Source of the DNA: Candidatus Kaiserbacteria bacterium
GTDB lineage: Bacteria > Patescibacteriota > Minisyncoccia > Phycocordibacterales > UBA918
Assembly: GCA_043729945.1 (NCBI GenBank)
Contig: JAYTKW010000022.1
Coordinates: 1 to 57,909 of the forward strand
Length of the DNA stretch: 57,909 nucleotides
Direction: 5' to 3'
Made by a program: the position numbers and the translations under genes. Shown piece by piece: positions 45,530 through 55,221 of this stretch. The notes beneath the pieces are model-generated. The model was not told the origin of the DNA. It saw nothing but the letters and a program-made list of their open reading frames with translations, and did not search any database. Each line of letters starts with the position of its first letter. Positions within the stretch are counted from its first letter, which is position 1.

Positions 45530-45874
45530 TTATTTGCCAGCCGTTTTATTTTTTTGTAATTGTATGTCTCCTGCCCGAATAATTGTAAACATAAGGTTAT
45601 TAATTGCGTTATATAATTCTCTTTCTGAGGTCTCTAAGATGAGTGAACTGTAATCAGGAGTGATAGCTTCTTGAATCAGTCGGATTTTCTCAATGGTATT
45701 ACTTTTATCGAGCTGTTCAGTAGGTGTCAAATTCGGAGTATTATTAGTAAGAAACTTGAATCGTTCTGGTTCTAGACAGCGGCGAGCAAATTCTAAATCT
45801 TCGGGATTACATTCTGCTTTTAAGCGTTCTTTTACAATCGGTCGTTCAAATCTATTTTTCATAATATCAATCAA
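45530..45874 (-). CDS. Hypothetical protein
   Basis: 114-aa ORF in AT-rich DNA. No family recognised. Confidence 0.4.
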   Translation of the reverse strand: MIDIMKNRFERPIVKERLKAECNPEDLEFARRCLEPERFKFLTNNTPNLTPTEQLDKSNTIEKIRLIQEAITPDYSSLILETSERELYNAINNLMFTIIRAGDIQLQKNKTAGK

Positions 45875-45898
45875 GTTAAAATCATTTATGTAATCAGC

Positions 45899-46249
45899 TT
45901 ATGCACTGGCGCCGTCGAAGTCGTTTATTTTAATATTTGAGAGATCAAAACCCTCGAGGCAGTTGAGGTTAATCATGTACATGTAATTACCGTTACCATC
46001 ATGACCGTATCCGTATGATTGAACACCACACGTTTTACAAAATGTGTGATTAATGTGGTGTTTGTTAAAGTGGTAAGTTGTCTGTGCATCAACACCACGT
46101 AGTAAAGTAAAATCAGTAACCGGCGCAAAAGCCAGTAAGAAGCCTTTGCGTTTACAATGTGAACAGTTACAGCGCATGGCTTCGGTAAATTCCCCGTTTA
46201 CGGTATATGCTACTGCGCCACAATGGCAACTGCCAGTATATGTTTTCAT
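45899..46249 (-). CDS. GFA-family (CENP-V/glutathione-dependent formaldehyde-activating-like) zinc protein
   Basis: CHCGAV and CNCSHC cysteine motifs; 116 aa. Confidence 0.75.
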   Translation of the reverse strand: MKTYTGSCHCGAVAYTVNGEFTEAMRCNCSHCKRKGFLLAFAPVTDFTLLRGVDAQTTYHFNKHHINHTFCKTCGVQSYGYGHDGNGNYMYMINLNCLEGFDLSNIKINDFDGASA

Positions 46250-46317
46250 AATTGCATCATATCATAAGTAAATATTATGTCAGTAAATTTGGTTATAGAA
46301 TTAGTCTGTATGTTAAG

Positions 46318-46755
46318 ATGAAACTAATGGAAAAGATGCCGAAAAAGGAAAAACGGGAGGTAATTTCACTCGTGGAGCAGAAGCGGGTAGAGGCTTTGAC
46401 GGCGGTGCTAGATGAGCTAGATACCCGTTTGCCCGCTGCACCAAAACGTTCGTTTGAATCAAATGGACGTGAGTACGCTCTGACATCGGCCGAAGACTGC
46501 ATGTTAGCTTTTGCTCAACAAAACCGCGAAGCCGTCTCTGCGCTTTATACTGAAATATTGTCGCGTGATGATTATCGGGCGGAACAGGCAATGGTAAAAC
46601 TTTTAAAGTTATTTGAAGCCTACGAGCGAACTGTGGCGCTTTATGCAGAATTAGTCAGCTACTATCCAACAGCGGCCGCACGCGTGACCGTAAAGCTCCC
46701 ACCATTGTCTGAAATCGCCCGTCATGGTGCCCGGATGTGGGACAATATTAAATAA
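46318..46755 (+). CDS. Hypothetical helical protein
   Basis: ORF trimmed to MKLMEKMPKKEK. No family recognised. Confidence 0.4.
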   Translation: MKLMEKMPKKEKREVISLVEQKRVEALTAVLDELDTRLPAAPKRSFESNGREYALTSAEDCMLAFAQQNREAVSALYTEILSRDDYRAEQAMVKLLKLFEAYERTVALYAELVSYYPTAAARVTVKLPPLSEIARHGARMWDNIK

Positions 46756-46795
46756 CATATCGTTGGTAATAAATTTGTAACTGTTCTTTTAAAAT

Positions 46796-47866
46796 ATGAC
46801 AATCGACTTTGATGCTGAAATTGTTGCTCACCTCGAGCAAGTTCGTCGGCTGCAAAAACCGTCGGGCGTTTTTACTGCCTCTGCCCATGATGTAGCCACT
46901 GGGTATGACAAAGCTTGGCTCCGGGATATTTACTTTATGACGCTAGGTTTCCTCGAAACTGGAGAAATTGAGGTGGTGCAAAAGGCTGCTCGAGCGCTGC
47001 TCGAAGTATTTGTTAAACACGAAGCCAAAATTAGTTGGGCGATTGAGTATCGTCCGCACGAAACCTGGCAGCGTATTCACGCTCGTTTTCATCCAGAAAC
47101 TTTTGAAGAATACTGGGAAGAGTGGGGAAATAGTCAGAATGATGCCGTGGGTGAGGTGTTAAATATTATCGTTGAACTAGAAATTCGTGGTGCCAGTGTT
47201 GTTGAAACGGCAGAAGAACAAGCGGTGGTGCAAAAAATTATTGACTATTTGGTGGCGCTCGAATATTGGCAAGATCCTGATAATGGTATTTGGGAAGAGA
47301 ACATGGAAGTGCACGCTTCGTCTGTGGGATCGTGTATTGCGGCACTCCAAAAAGCGGCGCAGATACCGTGGCTTATCGTCCCTGACGGCGCCATCACGCG
47401 CGGAGAGCAAGCACTGCGAGCGTTATTGCCCCGTGAATCAAAAAGTAAGTTTGCTGACCTGGCACTACTGTCCCTGATTTATCCTTTTGCTGTCACTACA
47501 CCAGAAGAAACAGAAACAATTTTACGGAACGTTGAATATCATCTGACCCGTGAGCGCGGCGTGATTCGTTATAAATTTGATCGCTATTATAATCAAAATG
47601 AAGACGGATACAGTGAAGAAGCCGAATGGTGCTTTGGTCTATCGTGGCTCGCGATTATTTATGCAGAGCGAGGGGAGAGTGAGAAAGCTTGGTACTATCT
47701 CCGTCGCGCTAAAATGACTGTCACCCCAGCCGGCCAGGTGCCTGAACTTTACTATTCTCATACTGACATTCCCAATGACAACACCCCATTGGGTTGGGCC
47801 GAGAGTATGTACGTTGTTGCTCTACAAAAAGTAAAATTATTGGAAGCAGAGTCGAATCGGAAATAA
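46796..47866 (+). CDS. Glycoside hydrolase family 15-like protein
   Basis: AWLRDIYF and GIWEENMEVHASSVG motifs; 356 aa. Confidence 0.6.
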   Translation: MTIDFDAEIVAHLEQVRRLQKPSGVFTASAHDVATGYDKAWLRDIYFMTLGFLETGEIEVVQKAARALLEVFVKHEAKISWAIEYRPHETWQRIHARFHPETFEEYWEEWGNSQNDAVGEVLNIIVELEIRGASVVETAEEQAVVQKIIDYLVALEYWQDPDNGIWEENMEVHASSVGSCIAALQKAAQIPWLIVPDGAITRGEQALRALLPRESKSKFADLALLSLIYPFAVTTPEETETILRNVEYHLTRERGVIRYKFDRYYNQNEDGYSEEAEWCFGLSWLAIIYAERGESEKAWYYLRRAKMTVTPAGQVPELYYSHTDIPNDNTPLGWAESMYVVALQKVKLLEAESNRK

Positions 47867-47893
47867 TTGCCGTACTCATACGTAGTAGTAAGT

Positions 47894-47935
47894 ATGACAA
47901 AAACAGCTATTTTCGCAGGAGGATGTTTCTGGGGT
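47894..47935 (+). repeat. Exact 42-nt duplicate of the msrA start (ATG plus 13 codons), running into a stop after 16 codons
   Basis: Identical to 48048-48089. Reads MTKTAIFAGGCFWGEQ*. Confidence 0.9.
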
Positions 47936-48047
47936 GAGCAGTGACTAAATGTCACTGCGCAAGAGGTTACCAGCTCGTTTGAAAAACGAGCGATAACCTG
48001 AACAGGTTCTGTAAGAACTGGAAGAGCTTGTAATGCAATAAAAATCT
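47936..48047. repeat. 112-nt repeat-type insert (same family as the nested segment at about 28995-29090)
   Basis: CGCAAGAGGTT..hairpin..AACCTGAACAGGTTCTGTAAGAACTGGAAG aligns with CGCAAGAGGTT..AACCTGAACAGCTTCTGTAAGAAGCGGAAAG. Confidence 0.7.
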
Positions 48048-48539
48048 ATGACAAAAACAGCTATTTTCGCAGGAGGATGTTTCTGGGGTATGGAAGACCT
48101 CTTTCGGGATCTCCATCCCGGCATCCTAACTACCGAAACGGGTTACACCGGTGGTACCAATGAAAACCCTACCTACGAAAATCATCCCGGCCATGCCGAA
48201 GCATTACTGGTGGAGTATGATGATGCAAAAATTGCGTACACAGAATTACTAGATTTCTTTTTCCGAGTGCATAATCCCACCACCCTTAATCAGCAAGGAA
48301 ACGACCTGGGCACGGCTTATCGTTCAGCGATTTTTTATCAAGATGAAAGCGAACGCGTAGCCGCTGAATTATTTATTGATCTGGTAAATGAATCAGCTCG
48401 TTGGGAGGCTCCTGTAGTCACCACGCTCGAACCGTTCACTAGATTCTGGTCAGCCGAAGACTATCACCAAGATTATTTACAAAAGAATCCACATGGATAT
48501 ACCTGCCACGCAATTCGATTTGAGAGCTATTTAGTGTAA
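48048..48539 (+). CDS. msrA: Peptide methionine (S)-sulfoxide reductase
   Basis: GGCFWG active-site motif; 163 aa. Confidence 0.9.
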   Translation: MTKTAIFAGGCFWGMEDLFRDLHPGILTTETGYTGGTNENPTYENHPGHAEALLVEYDDAKIAYTELLDFFFRVHNPTTLNQQGNDLGTAYRSAIFYQDESERVAAELFIDLVNESARWEAPVVTTLEPFTRFWSAEDYHQDYLQKNPHGYTCHAIRFESYLV

Positions 48540-48655
48540 TTTTGGAGTATAGGGATGGCTAAACCTTACAGGTTCTGTCCACTCATTGGACTTTTTATCT
48601 CGCTTCGCTCATAAAAATCCTCAATGAGTCTTGCGAAATGCTCCCAGCATTTCTC

Positions 48656-48694
48656 ACCTGCCATGCCATCAGGTTTGATAGTTATTTAACCTAA
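48656..48694 (+). pseudogene. Diverged duplicate of the last 12 codons of msrA plus the stop
   Basis: TCHAIRFDSYLT* versus TCHAIRFESYLV* at 48501-48539. 29/39 nt are identical, and most differences are at third codon positions. Confidence 0.75.
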
Positions 48695-48737
48695 AGTTAG
48701 CAAGACAAGGTGGGTGAAACTGTTGTATTATATAGAT

Positions 48738-49310
48738 ATGTTAAAAACCATCTATGTACTAATTGGTATGGCATTACTGGCAGCTGGTATCAAGTTCTGG
48801 CTTTTGTCTCAGGCTACGATAGGTATGCCAATTGAAGAAACTGCTATGTGTACGATGGAAGCTCGGCAGTGTCCAGACGGTTCGTACGTGGGCCGCACTG
48901 GGCCTAAATGTGAATTCGTTTGTCCGCCTACTCCTGATTTTGTAACCACTATGACAGCGGAGATTGCCGCCAAAGCAGATGTTATTACTGTTGCAACACC
49001 ACTCATAATGAATGAAGTTATTTCACCCTTGACTGTCATAGGGGAAGCGCGCGGGTGGTGGTTCTTTGAAGGCAGCTTTCCGGTGATGTTAACTGATTGG
49101 GATGGGATGGTAATCGCTAGTGGGGTGGCTACGGCACAAAGCGATTGGATGACTGAACAATTTGTTCCCTTTGAAGCCACTCTCAACTTTACCAGCCCAT
49201 ATATTGCTGGTTTTAAGGAAAACGGTAAATTGATTTTGAAAAAAGATAACCCCTCTGGACTGCCCGAAAATGACGACTCACTGGTTGTTCCAGTGAGATT
49301 TGCACCCTAG
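48738..49310 (+). CDS. Membrane-anchored Gmad2-like immunoglobulin-fold protein
   Basis: GEARGWWFFEGSFPVMLTDWDG pattern with an N-terminal TM helix. Confidence 0.55.
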   Translation: MLKTIYVLIGMALLAAGIKFWLLSQATIGMPIEETAMCTMEARQCPDGSYVGRTGPKCEFVCPPTPDFVTTMTAEIAAKADVITVATPLIMNEVISPLTVIGEARGWWFFEGSFPVMLTDWDGMVIASGVATAQSDWMTEQFVPFEATLNFTSPYIAGFKENGKLILKKDNPSGLPENDDSLVVPVRFAP

Positions 49311-49507
49311 GGGCTGTCCCTCATGCTGGCTCTGTCGTATAATAGATATATTACAAACATAATGTATACCAACGTGTAATTAATTCTTTTGCATTTTTGT
49401 TACTCATTAATCAATACCACTATGGCCAAAGGCGAACTGCGACATAAAAAAGAAGCAAAAAAACCAAAGAAAGAAAAAATCAAAGACATCTTGATTTAAT
49501 TAAAACC

Positions 49508-49531
49508 ACCCACCCACCCACCCACCCACCC
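49508..49531 (+). repeat. Tetranucleotide microsatellite (ACCC)x6 forming the left arm of a terminator hairpin
   Basis: Counted directly. The right arm is GCTGGGTGGTTGG, followed by TTTTT. Confidence 0.9.
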
Positions 49532-49596
49532 AGCTATCTCGGTAGCTGGGTGGTTGGTTTTTGTTATACTAGATATATACCCAGTAATAAATTTTT

Positions 49597-50199
49597 ATGA
49601 AAAACATCTATTTGATAATTGGAGTTTTAGTGATTGGTGTTGTAGCGTTTTACCTGTGGCGTGGCGATTTGGTGCCCGAGACTGATGTAAATGTGCTTAA
49701 TACCCCAGCTGTAGATGAGATATCTGCGGTGCCAGAAGAACCCGAAACACTAACCGGTAGTGATACCTTTGCTAATTTGTTTAAATTGGGCCGGACTCTA
49801 GAATGTACTTTTACCTTTAAGGATGATGAGATTGCTACTGCCGGCACGGGATTTTTTGAGGGCACTAACATGCGAGTTGATTCAATGTACGTAGGTGATG
49901 ACAAAACAACTTATACTTCTAATATGATTAGTGATGGTGCAATGATGTATCTTTGGTCAAAAACAGCAGACGGTGATATGGCTGTAAAAATGGCTGTACC
50001 CAAAGACGGGGTGACCAGTAATACCGAACCGGTTGATCAGTCTCGTGGTGGTTTGAATCCACAATCCAAAGTGACCTATGATTGCAAGCCATGGATTGTC
50101 GACGGTTCAGTCTTTGTGCCACCAGCTGATTTAGATTTTATGGACATGACGGCCATGCAAAATAAAATGATGGGTGCGCCACCTCTACCCAGACAGTAA
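49597..50199 (+). CDS. Hypothetical membrane-anchored or secreted protein
   Basis: 200 aa with an N-terminal TM helix IYLIIGVLVIGVVAFYLW. Confidence 0.5.
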   Translation: MKNIYLIIGVLVIGVVAFYLWRGDLVPETDVNVLNTPAVDEISAVPEEPETLTGSDTFANLFKLGRTLECTFTFKDDEIATAGTGFFEGTNMRVDSMYVGDDKTTYTSNMISDGAMMYLWSKTADGDMAVKMAVPKDGVTSNTEPVDQSRGGLNPQSKVTYDCKPWIVDGSVFVPPADLDFMDMTAMQNKMMGAPPLPRQ

Positions 50200-50349
50200 T
50201 GCTGTACTGCAATAATTAATTTAGCTGTACACAGTTGCTGTGAAGACAGATTATCTGTTGTGGGGTAGACTATAAATAACAGGAGGCCGACACCCATTAC
50301 GGGTGCCGGTCTTTCCGTTGTATTAATAAAGTAGTTCTCCACAAAAACC

Positions 50350-52230
50350 ATGTTTAATAAATCAGTTGTCCAAACCAAAACCCAAATCGCCAGTCTCATC
50401 TTCGCCTGTGCGCTAGCTGTTATTAGCTTTAGTAGTTTAGCGACCGTGGCAGGCGCGCAGCAGAATCCGGCAGAAAATACATTGTCTGCTCTGCAGGCGC
50501 AAATTGCTTTGTTGATGGCACAGATTGCCGCCCTGCAAGGCGGTGGTACAACTACACCACCACCCACGTCATCTCCGGCAAAAGTTTTTGCCGTTGGTGC
50601 TTCCGTTCAGCCGACAGCGAATATTAGAGTGCGTACTCAGCCTGGTCTGACTAGCCCGATTATCGGCACCGAGAATATCAGTAGTAGAGGCATAGTCTCT
50701 GCTGGACCAGTAAAAGAAGGTGGCTATAACTGGTACAAAGTTGATTTTAAAGCCGGTTTTAGTGGCTGGGTGACAGGTTGGTGGTTACAAGCTGCTACTG
50801 CAAACCTTGATCAATATAATTGTGTACCGGGCACTTCATGTCCAGGAAGCGTTTTGGATAGTAATTTACAGCCTTCAGTAAAAGAAATTTCTAGTATTGC
50901 CCAGAAAGACAGTAGATTTGCAGGTTCAAAGGGTATTTCTATAATTGGTAGTTTTGAAGTAGAAATCACTGCTCAAGATAGCCCGCTTTATGTGAATCCA
51001 AATACATTTAATATTTTTCCTTCTGTTGGTGAAAAATCATCCGCCACAGATAATCCAATGCTCTCGAAAACAGTTACGAGTAATGCACAAAAAAGTGGTG
51101 TGTATTACTTTGTTGGTGAGGGAGAATCTAGAACGTTCAAAGTCACGTATGAGTATTTTCCCCGTGAAAAAGGCACATACGTAATGATTATGCAAAATTT
51201 TGATTTTGCAATCACAGCAGTGGGTCGACCATTCACTCATGAACTTTATCCAAATCGTCCCCAGTCAAACGAAGTTCTGTATTTTTCTGAACCAACAACC
51301 TTGCCGTACGTAACAATCACAAATATCACCAGTGGCTTGATGCCAATTATTTCTGGAAATACTGAAGAGCGTGTTACTACGCTTGGTCTCTCAATCGCGG
51401 GTCCTTCAGGAGATAAAGTGTACGGTAGTGGTGTCATTCCAGTAACGAAAGGTAAATGGTCGCATATAGTAGGTACTGCATTGCCAAATGGTATCAACGA
51501 AGTTGTTGTCTATGCAGATAAAAAAGAAGTTGCTCGTAAGAAATTTAATGTTGGTGAGCCAGTTCCTGTAGTAAAACCAACGCCGCGATTTAATGGAGTG
51601 ACTTATCCAGTAGGTACTTCAGTAGCTGCAGTATCAGCGGTGTTTGCTTCACCAAAGACTCCTTCAACAGGGCCAGTTATCATTGGATACATTAAATGGG
51701 GTGAAGCCGGTACCGCAACCCAAACTGTGTCAGCGATTCCTGCCGGTACTCAAACAACGGTTGAACTAAAACATACTTACAAAACTGCTGGTGATTACCT
51801 CATTACCCTCATTGGTCTTGACGGAAAACTTGTGACCCAAAAAGTTACCGTTACCCTGCCGCCGGTAGCAGTAGCTCAACCCACTTGTACTCTCACGGCT
51901 ACTCCAGCTAACATTAGAGCCGGACAGCCTGTTACTTTGACCTGGACAACGACCAACGTAAAAACTGCTTCAATCAATAATAGTATTGGTGTCGTAGCGC
52001 CCAAAGGGACAAAGATTGTGACTCCCGGCAAAACTACCACTTATCAACTATTGGCTGTATCGGCAACTGGTGTCGCTGTCACTTGTGTGAAATCAGTAGC
52101 AGTACTAGCAATGACTACGGCTGCAGCCTCTTCAACTGGTCTCGTTAAAGGTGCGGCCACGGTGGATCATTTAGCCGAAATTCAAGTTACCCTAACAAAT
52201 ATCCAAAAGATTTTGTCTGAGCTAGAATAG
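50350..52230 (+). CDS. Secreted protein with a bacterial SH3-like domain and Ig-like repeats
   Basis: Signal-like N-terminus. The SH3b-like segment is ANIRVRTQPGLTSPIIG...GYNWYKVDF. The C-terminal half is beta-rich. Confidence 0.55.
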   Translation: MFNKSVVQTKTQIASLIFACALAVISFSSLATVAGAQQNPAENTLSALQAQIALLMAQIAALQGGGTTTPPPTSSPAKVFAVGASVQPTANIRVRTQPGLTSPIIGTENISSRGIVSAGPVKEGGYNWYKVDFKAGFSGWVTGWWLQAATANLDQYNCVPGTSCPGSVLDSNLQPSVKEISSIAQKDSRFAGSKGISIIGSFEVEITAQDSPLYVNPNTFNIFPSVGEKSSATDNPMLSKTVTSNAQKSGVYYFVGEGESRTFKVTYEYFPREKGTYVMIMQNFDFAITAVGRPFTHELYPNRPQSNEVLYFSEPTTLPYVTITNITSGLMPIISGNTEERVTTLGLSIAGPSGDKVYGSGVIPVTKGKWSHIVGTALPNGINEVVVYADKKEVARKKFNVGEPVPVVKPTPRFNGVTYPVGTSVAAVSAVFASPKTPSTGPVIIGYIKWGEAGTATQTVSAIPAGTQTTVELKHTYKTAGDYLITLIGLDGKLVTQKVTVTLPPVAVAQPTCTLTATPANIRAGQPVTLTWTTTNVKTASINNSIGVVAPKGTKIVTPGKTTTYQLLAVSATGVAVTCVKSVAVLAMTTAAASSTGLVKGAATVDHLAEIQVTLTNIQKILSELE

Positions 52231-52327
52231 ACGGATCAGCCTAAACAAAAACTCTCGCCTTTAACTGCGAGAGTTTTTGTTTGTCTGACGTTCACATTTG
52301 GTCAAAAGTAGTGTATGGTATGACCCT

Positions 52328-53806
52328 ATGTCACGAATGGATGGACTCGTCGTATTTAGCGACGTCTCATACGAATATGATGCTACTCGCCCCATTTTAA
52401 AAGGCGCGAGTTTTGTGGTACGTCGGGGTTCCAAGCTCACGCTCATGGGGCAAAACGGGGCGGGCAAAAGTACTATTTTTGCGCTCATTACCGGCTTGCT
52501 CAAAGTAGACGAAGGGGACATCAATCTCCAGCCACGAACAACGATTGCCATTTCTCGGCAAATTATTCCCCGGCCGGAACTGGAACTCACCGTGCGCGCT
52601 TTTTTTGAAAAGTGTTTTACGGAAAAAATGTACGACATTGATCCGAAAATTGATGAGGTGTTAGAGATTGTGAATCTGACACCAACCGACAAAATGAAAG
52701 ACGAATTCAAAGAACGCATCATTGGTAGTTTTTCTGGTGGACAACAGGCCAGGTTGCTCCTCGCGTCAGCCTTGATCCAGAACCCGGATGTATTATTGCT
52801 TGATGAGCCGACGAATAATCTCGATGTAGCGGGAATCGATCACCTGACAGAATTCCTCAAAGAATACAAAAAGACCGTGATGGTGATTTCGCACGATGCT
52901 GATTTCCTCAATTCGTTTACTGATGGGGTGCTGTACCTCAATGTCCAGAATCGCCAGGTAGAACAATATAATGGTAACTACCACGGTGTGCTCCGTGACA
53001 TCGCTGCGCGAGTAGAAAAAGAACAACGTCAAAACGCCCAGCTCGCCAAACAAATTCAAGCGGACAAAGACAAAATTAACTACTTTGCCAACAAAGGAGG
53101 TAAGATGCGTTTGGTCGCCAAACGAATGCGTAATGAAATCGAAGAAGCCGAGGATAATAAAGTTGATGTTCGCAAAGAAGATAAAACTATTCGTCCGTTT
53201 ACAATCGAGCTCCAGCCCGAGGTCCCTGTTGACGTAGTTAAGTTAACCTCATACAAAGTTATTCGTAACCACGTACCAAAAGACGTCGAGTGCAACCTGG
53301 TGTTAAAGCGCGGCAGTCACCTGCAGATTATTGGACCAAACGGCATTGGTAAAACGACGTTGCTCGAAGCGCTCGCCTCGGGACACGCCAAAGGGGAGCA
53401 GGTGGCCGCGGATGTTAAAATTGGCTACTACCGCCAAGATTTCTCGAACCTCGAGTTTGATAAAACGGTCTTTGAAACCCTGATGGATTCTATGCCAAAG
53501 AAAGTTGAAGAAGATATGCGTTCGATCGCCTCAGGTTTCCTGCTATTTTCAGATGTAATGAAAACTCGAGTAGGAAACCTCTCTGAGGGTCAGAAAGGAT
53601 TAGTGGCGTTTGCAAAACTAACCATGGAACGCCCCGGACTACTTATTCTCGACGAACCAACCAACCACATCAATTTCCGCCACATTCCAATTATCGCAAA
53701 AGCTTTGGATGAATACAAAGGCGCGATGATTTTGGTATCTCACGTTCCAGAATTCGTCGAACAGATTCGCATCGATGAGGTTCTGGATCTTGCCAAGGCA
53801 AAATAA
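52328..53806 (+). CDS. ABC-F family ATPase (second copy)
   Basis: Walker A GQNGAGKST and GPNGIGKTT; signatures FSGGQ and LSEGQ; Walker B LLDEPTNNLD and ILDEPTNHIN. Confidence 0.85.
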   Translation: MSRMDGLVVFSDVSYEYDATRPILKGASFVVRRGSKLTLMGQNGAGKSTIFALITGLLKVDEGDINLQPRTTIAISRQIIPRPELELTVRAFFEKCFTEKMYDIDPKIDEVLEIVNLTPTDKMKDEFKERIIGSFSGGQQARLLLASALIQNPDVLLLDEPTNNLDVAGIDHLTEFLKEYKKTVMVISHDADFLNSFTDGVLYLNVQNRQVEQYNGNYHGVLRDIAARVEKEQRQNAQLAKQIQADKDKINYFANKGGKMRLVAKRMRNEIEEAEDNKVDVRKEDKTIRPFTIELQPEVPVDVVKLTSYKVIRNHVPKDVECNLVLKRGSHLQIIGPNGIGKTTLLEALASGHAKGEQVAADVKIGYYRQDFSNLEFDKTVFETLMDSMPKKVEEDMRSIASGFLLFSDVMKTRVGNLSEGQKGLVAFAKLTMERPGLLILDEPTNHINFRHIPIIAKALDEYKGAMILVSHVPEFVEQIRIDEVLDLAKAK

Positions 53807-53845
53807 CGACTGCGGTCGTTATTTTGTTCCTGATTCGTCCCAGGT

Positions 53846-54064
53846 TGGCTTCGACTGTATTCTTACTAACTCAAGAGTTGTCGTTCCAGAACTTTGTCCT
53901 AGGGAGGGACAAAGTTGGAACAAAGCAAAATCATACAACCTTTGGTCTATACATAAGACTGGGTGGCTTCGACTGTATTCTTACCAACTCAAGAGCTGTC
54001 GTTCCAGAACTTTGTCCTAGGGAGGGACAAAGTTGGAACAAAGCAAAATCATACAACCTTTGGT
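53846..54064 (+). repeat. Tandem direct repeat, 2 x 101 nt (99/101 identical) separated by 17 nt, each unit with a 16-bp bulged hairpin
   Basis: Units are at 53846-53946 and 53964-54064. The hairpin is GTTCCAGAACTTTGTCC-TAGGGAG-GGACAAAGTTGGAAC. Confidence 0.9.
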
Positions 54065-54115
54065 TGTTGTTTTGCTTTTGCTATACTGTATGACATTAAT
54101 GATAGCAAACTCGGT

Positions 54116-55147
54116 ATGAAAAAAATTATTTTAATCATGGTGGTGTTGGTGATTTTGGTGGGGGGAGTTGGGGCAGGGGTTTACTTTGGCGGACTGGTTC
54201 CGTCGGGTCTTTTGAAATCATTGACGGTATCTGCTCCCGCACCACAACCGTTACCAGTGACTGAGGTTCAACCCGGAGTGTCTTTTGCGGGACTGGCTCT
54301 GGCTGTGCCTGATATGAATGGGGTAACGACGACACTTGATTTATTATCACCGACTTCGCGGCGTGATTATCCGATGGGCCGATTTAAAGACGTTGATTCT
54401 GGTGCAGTAGGTAATCTCGTTATGTACGATGAGTACGCTACGACCTACGAGAATGGCCTCCGAGCAGTCCCGATTTCGGTTAGTACTACAACCGGTGCAC
54501 AGTTATTTTATCTTGCCGTGCTGACAGGAGAGGATATGAAGCAAGCCACTACGGTTCCTCTGGGTACGAATATAAAAATCATGGGGGTAGCGCGAGCTGG
54601 TAGTCAGGCAACGGTCACCTATCTCATTCACGACCGCGATCAACAATTTGAAGAGACACCGAGAATCACCACGGCTACTATTGTTGATATAGTTAAAGGA
54701 TCTGTACTGCAGGCTGGACGTAATCCGGCCGCCGAGACCATAATAGTGATTAAAAACTTTGCTCCAAAATATCGTTGGGTAGAGACAGTGGCTGATGATG
54801 GTTCTAAAACGATACCAAGTATACCTGACAAATTCTTCCTAATTTTTGATGCGAACCGGGTGACGTTCCAGACGGACTGTAACACTGGCGGCGCTACATT
54901 TACCAGTGGTACTGGCTCGTCAACCGCTTTTGTAGTTGACGCAATTGCTACCACCAAAATGTTCTGTAGTAGTAGCGAGGAAGGACCGTACTTTGCTATG
55001 TTCGAAAAAGTAAAAACATATAACTTAAAACCTGACGGCACTCTGACACTTAAATTTTCCGGCAGTGGCGCTATGACCTTTGCGCCCGTCATACAAAAAA
55101 CTGAAACCGACTCAACTCCCGAAACGGACACGGCTACTACCTCGTAA
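54116..55147 (+). CDS. Membrane-anchored protein with a C-terminal META (HslJ-like) domain
   Basis: Start at MKKIILIMVVLVILVGG. The C-terminal pattern is FQTDCNTGGATF...TTKMFC...GTLTLKF. Confidence 0.5.
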   Translation: MKKIILIMVVLVILVGGVGAGVYFGGLVPSGLLKSLTVSAPAPQPLPVTEVQPGVSFAGLALAVPDMNGVTTTLDLLSPTSRRDYPMGRFKDVDSGAVGNLVMYDEYATTYENGLRAVPISVSTTTGAQLFYLAVLTGEDMKQATTVPLGTNIKIMGVARAGSQATVTYLIHDRDQQFEETPRITTATIVDIVKGSVLQAGRNPAAETIIVIKNFAPKYRWVETVADDGSKTIPSIPDKFFLIFDANRVTFQTDCNTGGATFTSGTGSSTAFVVDAIATTKMFCSSSEEGPYFAMFEKVKTYNLKPDGTLTLKFSGSGAMTFAPVIQKTETDSTPETDTATTS

Positions 55148-55221
55148 TACGACAGTGCTCATTTGTGCCCAAGTGTTTTTTGTCGTGCTACCATAGAGGT
55201 ATTACTCTCTAATCATTTGGT

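Noticed and set aside
53846-54064. Possible CRISPR array
   Set aside because: There are only two units, each 101 nt long and separated by a 17-nt spacer. This geometry is not compatible with CRISPR, and I saw no other regularly spaced short repeats in the window.
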